From Candidatus Terrybacteria bacterium RIFCSPHIGHO2_01_FULL_48_17 (GTDB lineage Bacteria > Patescibacteriota > Minisyncoccia > Terrybacterales > 2-01-FULL-58-14), in assembly GCA_001822835.1 (NCBI GenBank), contig MHSS01000002.1, forward strand, positions 1,060 through 65,059: a DNA stretch of 64,000 nucleotides. The letters run 5' to 3'. The position numbers were made by a program, and so were the translations under genes. The notes under the pieces are model-generated. The model made no database searches. It worked only from the letters and a program-made list of their open reading frames with translations, and had not been told where the DNA came from. Positions 57,201 to 64,000 of this stretch are shown piece by piece. How positions within the stretch are numbered: position 1 is the stretch's first letter; every line of letters starts with the position of its first letter.

Positions 57201-57862
57201 CACATCTGCTCGAAACGCTTGCGCAAATGATTGCTCCATTTACGCCCTTCGTAGCAGAAGAGATTTTCCATAACGTTTCCGACGGGGCAAGCGTTCATGT
57301 GACCGATTTCCCAAAAACGGAAAAGAAATTGCAATTTATGGAGCTTGAGGCCGATATGGAAAAAATACGAGAGGCAGCAGCGCTTGGGCATGCCGAACGC
57401 AGGAAGGCGAATATCCGAGTACGCCAACCGCTTGCGTCATTAAGCATTGCGCAAGACCTTGTCCCGAAGTCACCGGCAAAAAACGAACTTTTTTCAATTC
57501 TTGCTGACGAACTAAATGTGAAAGAAATAAAAGCGGGGGATGGCCTTCCTGCGCATTCCGTAGTGTTGGATACCGAGCTTACGCCGGCCCTACGCGCCGA
57601 AGGCGTGAGGCGTGAAGTGATACGTATTTTGCAGGACTTGCGGAAAGAGGCGGGGCTTAAACCCAAAGACCGTGTGCGTATGCGCCTTTCGCTTTCTGGC
57701 ACTTTCCACGATGCATTTCATGGACACTACAAGGAACTTGAGAGGGCAGTGGGCGCGCGAGAAGTTTTGTTCGGCAGTAGGGACGAGCGAATAAAAGTGC
57801 GGGCGGAACGCTCCGTGCGGATTGATGATTCGGTTGAGGTGTGGGCAGCAATTATAAAATAG
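54284..57862 (+). CDS. ileS: isoleucine--tRNA ligase (type 2) with an inserted histidine-phosphatase domain
   Basis: EGPPTANGRPGIHH, GWDTHGLP, WTTTPWTLP, DQTRGWF and KMSKS; insert LLRHAEA...SSPLERT...VSHGD. Confidence 0.95.
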   Translation: MDFSKSEEKILKSWEKGKTFNASLKARAKAPRFIFFEGPPTANGRPGIHHLLGRAFKDVVCRYKTMRGFLVERRAGWDTHGLPVELEVERELGLKAKQDIEQYGIARFNARCKKSVWKYKDEWEKFTRRIGFWIDLNDPYITYTNGYIETLWWIIKNIYDQGLLYEDFKVVPWCPRCGSTLSSHEVALGYESVSENSLYVKFKVKGEANTYILGWTTTPWTLPGNVALAVGSDTDYVKVEFSGMDGIYILAKDSVGRISRALQLTGEVSGSVLKGHELVGFAYEPLFDIPETQNEKSHKVYAADFVNTDEGTGIVHTAAMYGEDDYRLGVRVGLPKVHTVDEEGRFLPNVPAGLAGRQVKAKDTEQDILAHLIKRNLLFKEEQYTHDYPFCWRCKSALLYYAKRSWFIKMSQLRAKLISENERVNWIPEHLKSGRFGEWLRELKDWAFSRERYWGTPLPIWRCVECGETEAVGSLKELGARSKMRNRYILLRHAEAKSNVESWVSCMPEKKRSPLTKKGRAQARQAADSLKKYKPDVIVSSPLERTNETAAIVGNLLDLPVIIESRIQEFKLGTFNTRPVDEYHKFLGYKPEAHWDKKPLGGETWKELRKRMLVAVKDLEKKYEGKTIVLVSHGDPLFVLQGALLGIDENDFAVSYRHAYPKYQSQAKGRRIPYPETGKPLVLPNYALPLDESGRPDLHRPFVDELTFSCKKCKGFMRRVPEVIDVWFDSGAMPFASQTDADLARQVAGQARTDAGNVQRGSASSQRKSAFLYPADFICEGIDQTRGWFYTLLAVATLLGRERPYRNVISHGHVLDKNGKKMSKSLGNMVSPWDMVERYGADAVRWYFYTINQPSDPKRFDEQDVKRVQQRFIGTLYNLLAFWHTYSRTKKGTGYRVQGTGLTVLDRWILSRINTVIERVCQYMDAYDLVNAARLLDTFAVDDLSNWYVRRSRERFQHPKNRSERVYAEALLTHLLETLAQMIAPFTPFVAEEIFHNVSDGASVHVTDFPKTEKKLQFMELEADMEKIREAAALGHAERRKANIRVRQPLASLSIAQDLVPKSPAKNELFSILADELNVKEIKAGDGLPAHSVVLDTELTPALRAEGVRREVIRILQDLRKEAGLKPKDRVRMRLSLSGTFHDAFHGHYKELERAVGAREVLFGSRDERIKVRAERSVRIDDSVEVWAAIIK

Positions 57863-57958
57863 TGATCCGGGATCAGAAATCAGTAATCAGTAATCAGTAT
57901 GGGCGGGACTTGCGGGAATGATCTCCGATCCCTGATGTCTGATAACTGATTCCTTGCT

Positions 57959-58525
57959 ATGCGGGCATTAATTCTTCAAACTGAATCAGTAGGCGAGGCG
58001 GATTGGGAGATAACCATGCTTTCCGAGGAGCTTGGTAAGCTGCGCGTCAAGGCCAAAGGCGCTGCCAAAATGGAGTCGAAATTGCGTGCCGGCATTTTGC
58101 CATTTGTTACGAGCGATGTTATGTTGCATCCCCAAAAGAACGGGGGTTTTCTTTTAAAAACCGCTGCACCGTACGTAGAACGTCTATCAATACGAGAATC
58201 GCTTTGTGCGCTTTCGGTGGCAGAGGTCTTTGCCGAGATTCTTTTAGCAATAACCGGGGAGGGGATTGTGGACGAAAAGCTGTTTTTATTTGCGGAAAAG
58301 GCATTTGATGCGCTCGAAGAAGGCAAGGATCCCGTAACGGTGTTTCTCTATGCCGTCTCTGCATTTATTCGGGAAGCAGGTCTTGCGCCTCCCAAAAACG
58401 CTCATGACCTTCCTTTATTTATGCAAGAACACTTCGAGTACCCGCTTGGCAGCTTTTCTTTTATGCAAAAGGCGTGTCATGAGGTAAAATATAGGAGCGA
58501 TGCCCAAGAGACGGTATTTATATGA
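57959..58525 (+). CDS. recO: DNA repair protein RecO
   Basis: ALIL...GEAD...GKLRVKAKG...SKLRA N-terminal OB fold. Confidence 0.85.
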   Translation: MRALILQTESVGEADWEITMLSEELGKLRVKAKGAAKMESKLRAGILPFVTSDVMLHPQKNGGFLLKTAAPYVERLSIRESLCALSVAEVFAEILLAITGEGIVDEKLFLFAEKAFDALEEGKDPVTVFLYAVSAFIREAGLAPPKNAHDLPLFMQEHFEYPLGSFSFMQKACHEVKYRSDAQETVFI

Positions 58526-59121
58526 ATGCCCCCACTAAAGAATTTATTGCCTTATTAAGCGCAACCACCATTGCCTTGGCAGCTGCCATAATTATGGAAG
58601 ACGCGCAGCCAAAAGCTGCTACGCCGGTGGTTGGGCAACTAGCGCAAGAAAGCGCGACACCGCCGCAAGAGGACGAATTTGCCGGCTGGCAAACCTACCG
58701 CAATGAAGAGTATGGGTTTGAGGTGAGGTATCCAGGAGAATGGATTGTTGCTAATGAAGTATGCCCCGATTATTCTTCTGACGATCTTATCATTTTGGGC
58801 AATAGGGGTAATGATTGTTTTGCTTATGGAAGCTTAGAAGGTTCTTACGAATTTGCAATATCTATTAATGAACAAGAACATGATCTAAACGAAATGATTA
58901 AGGGTAGAGAAGGATTTGTACCTACTGGGGAATTTATTTCCCTTTCTGGGGTTAGGACGGCAAAAGTCTATCCAATTTACACGGCTTTTTATGGGAGAAT
59001 TGAGATGTATCTAAATCATAGATCTAATGGGTTTATGATTGTATTTCCAAACATAGATTACCAAGGAAATTATGATTCAATGTATAACCAAATCCTCTCT
59101 ACGTTCCGGTTTATTGAATAG
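58522..59121 (+). CDS. membrane-anchored surface protein (PsbP-like CPR family)
   Basis: N-terminal TM, WQTYRNEEYGFEVRYP and C-terminal QILSTFRF. Confidence 0.7.
   Translation: MNAPTKEFIALLSATTIALAAAIIMEDAQPKAATPVVGQLAQESATPPQEDEFAGWQTYRNEEYGFEVRYPGEWIVANEVCPDYSSDDLIILGNRGNDCFAYGSLEGSYEFAISINEQEHDLNEMIKGREGFVPTGEFISLSGVRTAKVYPIYTAFYGRIEMYLNHRSNGFMIVFPNIDYQGNYDSMYNQILSTFRFIE
58560..58613 (+). repeat. 54-nt direct repeat, copy 1
   Basis: Identical to 59768-59821. Confidence 0.92.
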
Positions 59122-59211
59122 AACTATTCCCTAATCTCTATTCTTTGTTTCCTCGCATGTGCGAATCCGGTAACGTTGCAGTGCTTTTAAGGGTTTGCTA
59201 GTATGCATAGT

Positions 59212-59415
59212 ATGAATCCGGTTACCATTCCCAAAAAAATAACCAAAGGAGAGGAACTCGTTATCCTTTCTCGAAAGGAATACGAACGTCTTTCTCAAAA
59301 ACAAGAGGCCGCGCTTGACCGCGATCTCGCCAAAGCGCTTTCTGATGTGCGTTCGGGTCGCCTGTTCGGGCCTTTTCAAAGCTTGCGGGGTCTGAAGAGG
59401 GCGCTTCGCACATAG
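59212..59415 (+). CDS. putative antitoxin
   Basis: EELVILSRKEYERL...GRLFGPF; directly upstream of the RelE-like gene. Confidence 0.75.
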   Translation: MNPVTIPKKITKGEELVILSRKEYERLSQKQEAALDRDLAKALSDVRSGRLFGPFQSLRGLKRALRT

Positions 59416-59427
59416 TCGCACAACGGC

Positions 59428-59673
59428 ATGAGATTTTATTTCACCGCACATTTTGCGGCGCGATACCGCAGGTTGAGCCCGCGCGCCAAAACCCAGACCG
59501 ACAAGGCCCTGGGGTTTCTTTTACGCGATCTTCGGCATCCTTCGCTTCACGCAAAGAAATACGATGAGACGCGCGGCATATGGCAGGTGCGAGTAACGAA
59601 AACATACCGCCTCTATTTTCTTATTGAAGGAGAAGCGTATGTCTTGCTTGATGTGAAAACGCATCCGAAGTGA
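59428..59673 (+). CDS. RelE/ParE-family toxin
   Basis: FTAHFAARYRRL, HPSLHAKK, WQVRVTKTYRLYF and terminal H. Confidence 0.8.
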   Translation: MRFYFTAHFAARYRRLSPRAKTQTDKALGFLLRDLRHPSLHAKKYDETRGIWQVRVTKTYRLYFLIEGEAYVLLDVKTHPK

Positions 59674-59726
59674 TAATGCCACACGGCCCGATGTATCGTA
59701 TTGGGCAATTTTGGTACAATAAGAAC

Positions 59727-60371
59727 ATGGAACCCTCCCTCTCAAAGCACCTTTTCATATTATTGGCCGCAACCACCATTGCCTTGGCAGCTGCCATAAT
59801 TATGGAAGACGCGCAGCCAAAGCCGGCGACGCCAGCGTTCTCGCCAGCGCAGCAAACTCAACTATCGCAGCAGGGAAACGAATTAGAACAGGCGTTACCA
59901 CAAAGTGACGATATCTATTCATGTGATTTTTGGAAGGATAAGATTTTTGCTACCACTGATTTTGGTGCTTCAGCGGGCATGGTCGATCTCCGTGGTATCG
60001 TACACAGCGTCCAAACGACGATATGGGATGAGAACGTAACGCGTGTCTATTTTGAAATCAGCCCTCCACAAGAAGAGTCAGCGCGGACTTTTTATCAATA
60101 TTTCTTGGATATGATACGGGAAGGAAATAGCGTTAATACACAAGAAAGCGATGTCTTACAATTTACATTAGGCGTTCTGGAAAACGAAAAAATTGAATCA
60201 TCGGCATACATTTCTGATGCTACGCAATATCGATTGCAAACGGCGCTCGCCTACGCCCTTCCTGTTTCATTACGATTTGTTGTTCCCCTTTATCTTGGCG
60301 CAGGGGCTCCCACAGATTTCAGTTTCGCCTGCAGTATTGAATATCGTATAGTCGATACCCCTATTCCTTGA
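59727..60371 (+). CDS. membrane-anchored hypothetical protein sharing its N-terminus with 58522-59121
   Basis: ATTIALAAAIIMEDAQPK is identical; the C-terminus is unrelated. Confidence 0.65.
   Translation: MEPSLSKHLFILLAATTIALAAAIIMEDAQPKPATPAFSPAQQTQLSQQGNELEQALPQSDDIYSCDFWKDKIFATTDFGASAGMVDLRGIVHSVQTTIWDENVTRVYFEISPPQEESARTFYQYFLDMIREGNSVNTQESDVLQFTLGVLENEKIESSAYISDATQYRLQTALAYALPVSLRFVVPLYLGAGAPTDFSFACSIEYRIVDTPIP
59768..59821 (+). repeat. 54-nt direct repeat, copy 2
   Basis: Identical to 58560-58613. Confidence 0.92.
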
Positions 60372-60395
60372 TTCCTGATTTCTGATCACTATTTT

Positions 60396-62096
60396 ATGCG
60401 TACCTGGCAATTCAATGTAAGGAAACTGCTTATATGGCTTGTGTTTGTCGTGGCACTTTTTGGCGCTGCCTTATTTATTTTGCGCCGCGGCTTTGACCCC
60501 GGAGACGTCAGCATTGAGCTTAACGCTCCACAGTTTGTTACGGTTGGGGAGGAAGCAAAAATAGTAGCGGTGGTTAAAAACGGCTCGGGTTCCGTGCTGC
60601 GTGATGTTAATGCCACGCTTTTTTTGCCCGAAGGCATAAGCAGCGAAGCGTCCCAAACCCAGCGTCTTGAGCCAATCAACGCTCGTGAACAGCGCACCGT
60701 TGAATTTACTGTTCCCGTTGTGGCAAATGCCCGCGATTTCACTGTACGCACATCAGTTCGATTTCGGGCCGGTACTTTATCCGCGACCTTCGAAAAAACT
60801 GCAGAAACATCGATTTTGGTTTCGGCAGCTCCGGTAAAAATTTCCCTTTCATTCCCTTCAGATATTTCGGCTGAACGTCCATTCACCTTTTTTATACGCT
60901 ATCAGTCCGATGCCACCACAATCCTTGAGAATGTGGGCGTAATACTTCAAAAACCAGGCGGTTTTAGCATTGATCGCGCACGCCCAAGCCACACATCCGT
61001 GGATAGCTTGGCCCTATGGGATATTGGCGCGCTTCGGCCGGGTGAGGAGAGTGAGATTTCCGTAACCGGAAGATTTGCCGCGGGTGATCCCGCCGGTGAA
61101 TTTGTTGCACGTATTGGTTTATTAGACGATAGCCATCGGTCATTGCGTATTATTTTTGCCGGAACGAGCGAGAAACAAACGGCAGCACGCGAGGAACTCG
61201 GGCTTACGGTTTTTATTCAGGAAGTTGAAAATCCCGGAGAGGTTATTGTATTTGCGGGGGATACCATTTCAATCGCCATCGGATACGAGAATAAAAGCAA
61301 TCGCGAGCTTGAAAATGTGCTTGTGGATTTAGGCATTGCGCATCGTGACCTTGACCAAAAAAGCATCATTGCAAATCCGAGTTTCCGTCGTTCGCCTTCT
61401 GGAAGTTTTCGTTGGGATGCCAGTGTTATTCCACAGTTTTCGCAACTTGCCCGCGGAGCATCGGGCCGTATCACCTTTTCTATTAATCTTGCAAACACTA
61501 TTACAATGAATGGGTTTGAAGATGCAAACCAATCATTTCCCATAGAGGTTCGCGTTTTTGCCGAAGGCCGCACGCAGGCAGAACACACAACTACCGCAAA
61601 GATCGGGACGCGCTTGGCGGTGCGAGGGGATATTTATTATAACGACAGCACCTATGTAAATACGGGACCGCTTCCTTTGCGTGTCGGCCAGACAACGACG
61701 TTTACGGTCCGAATACTTGTGTTGGGTGGTACAAACGGTTTTCGTAACGCCATCGTCCGTTTTGTGCTGGGCCCCGCCGTATCATTTGGCGAAACTCTTT
61801 CTCCTAAGGATGCTGCAGTATCGTGGAATGAAGAAACACGCGAGGTGGTTTGGAACATCGGTACATTGACAGCCGGCACGGGGATTTTGCAACCGCCACG
61901 CGAATTAGTGTTTCGTATCGATGCGGCGCCACGGCAGCAAGACCTAGGAGGCCCTATTTCTCTTATCGATACCGTTGTGCTGAACGGTGAAGATGAATTC
62001 ACCGGCCGCACATCCGACGCCCAACTTCCCGGTGCGGGTTCTGACAAATTAAGCGACCAGGGCTTTCGGCCAACAAACGGATATGTACAGCAATAA
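60396..62096 (+). CDS. membrane-anchored multi-Ig-like domain protein
   Basis: N-terminal TM, beta-rich repeats (WDIGALRPGE, WNIGTL) and NTGPLPLRVGQTTTF. Confidence 0.75.
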   Translation: MRTWQFNVRKLLIWLVFVVALFGAALFILRRGFDPGDVSIELNAPQFVTVGEEAKIVAVVKNGSGSVLRDVNATLFLPEGISSEASQTQRLEPINAREQRTVEFTVPVVANARDFTVRTSVRFRAGTLSATFEKTAETSILVSAAPVKISLSFPSDISAERPFTFFIRYQSDATTILENVGVILQKPGGFSIDRARPSHTSVDSLALWDIGALRPGEESEISVTGRFAAGDPAGEFVARIGLLDDSHRSLRIIFAGTSEKQTAAREELGLTVFIQEVENPGEVIVFAGDTISIAIGYENKSNRELENVLVDLGIAHRDLDQKSIIANPSFRRSPSGSFRWDASVIPQFSQLARGASGRITFSINLANTITMNGFEDANQSFPIEVRVFAEGRTQAEHTTTAKIGTRLAVRGDIYYNDSTYVNTGPLPLRVGQTTTFTVRILVLGGTNGFRNAIVRFVLGPAVSFGETLSPKDAAVSWNEETREVVWNIGTLTAGTGILQPPRELVFRIDAAPRQQDLGGPISLIDTVVLNGEDEFTGRTSDAQLPGAGSDKLSDQGFRPTNGYVQQ

Positions 62097-62229
62097 TCAT
62101 TCATAAGCAAAAGGACGGCTTTTCGTACAAGGAATTTCTATTCATTTCTCTTTATATCTATAAGTTTCAGAAATTTATAGAAACGTGCTTCGAGAAACTT
62201 GTAGAGATTCATTGTATATTGCTTCTTCT

Positions 62230-63612
62230 ATGTCAGCCCAAACTCTTGAGACCATTGTTTCGGTAGCTAAGCGCCGCGGCTTTATTTTTCCCTCTTCTGA
62301 AATATACGACGGGTTCCGTTCGTCATATGATTATGGTCCTTTAGGAGTGGAACTTAAAAATGTCATTAAAAAACTCTGGTGGGAAGAGATGGTGGTGAAG
62401 CGTGAGGATATCGTGGGGCTTGATTCGGCAATCCTTATGAATCCAAAAATCTGGGAGGCATCGGGCCACACTTCTGCTGGTTTTGCCGATGAACTTGCCG
62501 AATGCCCGCAATGCCATAAGCGATGGCGGGTTGACCACGTGGAAGGGAAGTGTCCGGAATGTGAAGTGGCGTTGGGCGGGGCGCGTAAGTTTAATTTGCT
62601 TGTGCGTACTCATCTTGGGCCGGTGGAAGACGAAACTACGCTTGCATATTTTCGTCCCGAAACCGCGCAGGGTATTTATGTCAATTTTCCTAACGTTCAA
62701 CAAGCATCCCGGATGAAAGTCCCGTTTGGCATTGCGCAAATTGGAAAGGCATTTCGAAATGAAATTACGCCAGGGCCGTTTACGTTTCGCACGCGCGAAT
62801 TTGAGCAGATGGAAATGCAATGGTTCTGCAAGCCAGGGAACAGGGAACAGGGTACAGGGGACAGAAATCTGAAAAAAAACGAGAAACGAAGTGATCGCCG
62901 GTCTCTGAACCCCGATGACTGGTTTATGTACTGGAAAGAACAGCGCATGCGGTGGTATGGGGATGTTCTTGGGATTGAAGCCGGGCATCTACGATTTCAT
63001 CCGCACGGGAAGGATGAGCTTGCGCATTATGCAAAAGCAGCGTTTGATATCGAATACCAATACCCCTGGGGATGGGGCGAATTTGAGGGCATTCACAATC
63101 GAGGGGATTTTGACCTTTCAAACCACGCCAAACACTCCGGCAAAGACCTTGCGTATTTTGATGAGGAGACAAAAGATCGGTTTATCCCTTTTATTATCGA
63201 GACATCTGGAGGGGTCGACCGGGCCTTACTAGTTACGCTACTCGAGCATTTTGATGAAGAAGAGGTGCGGGGTGAAAAACGTTCGTTGTTCAGATTTCCT
63301 CCATGGCTTGCGCCTGTTACCGTGGGAGTTTTACCGATTGTTCGCAATAACGAGCGCATTGTTGCAAAAGCGCGCGATATCGCCGAAGACATAAGAAAAA
63401 ATGCAATCCGTTTTTTCTACGACGAAACAGGATCTATTGGTCGCAGATACCGTCGGCTTGACGAAATAGGGGCTCCCTTTGCCATCACCATCGATTTTCA
63501 AACACTTGAGGATAACACCGTAACTCTGCGCGGTCGCGATTCTATGGAGCAGCAACGCATTGCATCAGACGAGCTTTGTCCGGTTTTGCATACTAAGCAA
63601 CAAGCACCATGA
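62230..63612 (+). CDS. glyS: glycine--tRNA ligase (alpha2 type)
   Basis: KRRGFIFPSSEIY, RPETAQG, FRTREFEQME and GSIGRRYRR. Confidence 0.96.
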   Translation: MSAQTLETIVSVAKRRGFIFPSSEIYDGFRSSYDYGPLGVELKNVIKKLWWEEMVVKREDIVGLDSAILMNPKIWEASGHTSAGFADELAECPQCHKRWRVDHVEGKCPECEVALGGARKFNLLVRTHLGPVEDETTLAYFRPETAQGIYVNFPNVQQASRMKVPFGIAQIGKAFRNEITPGPFTFRTREFEQMEMQWFCKPGNREQGTGDRNLKKNEKRSDRRSLNPDDWFMYWKEQRMRWYGDVLGIEAGHLRFHPHGKDELAHYAKAAFDIEYQYPWGWGEFEGIHNRGDFDLSNHAKHSGKDLAYFDEETKDRFIPFIIETSGGVDRALLVTLLEHFDEEEVRGEKRSLFRFPPWLAPVTVGVLPIVRNNERIVAKARDIAEDIRKNAIRFFYDETGSIGRRYRRLDEIGAPFAITIDFQTLEDNTVTLRGRDSMEQQRIASDELCPVLHTKQQAP

Positions 63613-64000
63613 TACATACGACAAAATTGCAAAATGGGATACGAGGAATTGTGGTTCCCATGAAGGGCGTAAAAGCCGCCACCGCTCTTGTATTGGTGCG
63701 TACCGGTTCCAAATACGAAACCAAACGCACCAATGGTGTTGCGCACTTTGTTGAGCACATGATTTTTAAAGGATCAAAAAAATATCCTTCGGTGCGAAAG
63801 CTTACGGAAACTCTTGACCGGTTGGGTGCGGAGTATAACGCATTTACTTCCAAAGAAATGACCGGATATTGGGTAAAAGCAGCCGGCGAAAAGCGGGGTA
63901 AAGTACTTGAAATTGTCGCAAGCATGTTGCGCGATCCATTATTCCCCAGAGGGGAATTGGAGCGAGAACGCGGCGTTATTCTCCAGGAGTTAAACTTATA
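63609..64000 (+). CDS. M16 (pitrilysin) family peptidase, runs off the right edge
   Basis: Hand translation: GSKYE...GVAHFVEHMIFKGS...YNAFTSKE (inverted HxxEH). Confidence 0.9.
   Translation, partial: MIHTTKLQNGIRGIVVPMKGVKAATALVLVRTGSKYETKRTNGVAHFVEHMIFKGSKKYPSVRKLTETLDRLGAEYNAFTSKEMTGYWVKAAGEKRGKVLEIVASMLRDPLFPRGELERERGVILQELNL

Noticed and set aside
58560-59821. Diversity-generating retroelement TR/VR pair
   Set aside because: The repeat is identical, N-terminal and short, has no adenine-specific mismatches, and no RT is in the window.
1-64000. CRISPR array, prophage, integrase or transposase
   Set aside because: No regularly spaced 25-40-nt repeats and no recognisable cas, phage structural or recombinase genes.

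Overview
Chromosomal segment of a small-genome bacterium. The gene content (DUF5667, Parcubacteria-type membrane-anchored Ig-like protein, alpha2-type GlyRS, IleRS with a phosphatase insert, leaderless housekeeping genes, standard code with TGA stops) suggests Patescibacteria/CPR, probably Parcubacteria; this is an inference. Housekeeping genes include rpsT, rplT, rpmI, infC, smpB with tmRNA, argS, ileS, glyS, uvrB, ruvA, recO, murE, plsY, polX and two tRNAs. Accessory islands include a PaaK-like ligase with a CarS-like CDP-transferase, E1 alpha/beta divergent from a 2-oxoacid:ferredoxin oxidoreductase, archease/HAD/kinase/RtcB, a MoxR-less DUF58-VWA-TPR-VWA cluster, a CYTH plus NadR-like pair and a RelE-type TA module between two genes with identical 5' segments. 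The most striking unexplained signals are: (1) a ~245-nt orphan transcript (45113-45358, minus) with a perfect sigma70 promoter, a 5' H-type pseudoknot, internal hairpins and its own terminator; (2) 7-9-nt tandem arrays, often as inverted pairs, that also sit in frame inside about ten conserved proteins; (3) a ~103-nt palindromic dispersed element present twice; (4) two gene-expression grammars, leaderless versus boxA-like plus SD. No CRISPR array, transposase, integrase or prophage was seen. All family assignments come from motif recognition by eye; no database search was run.
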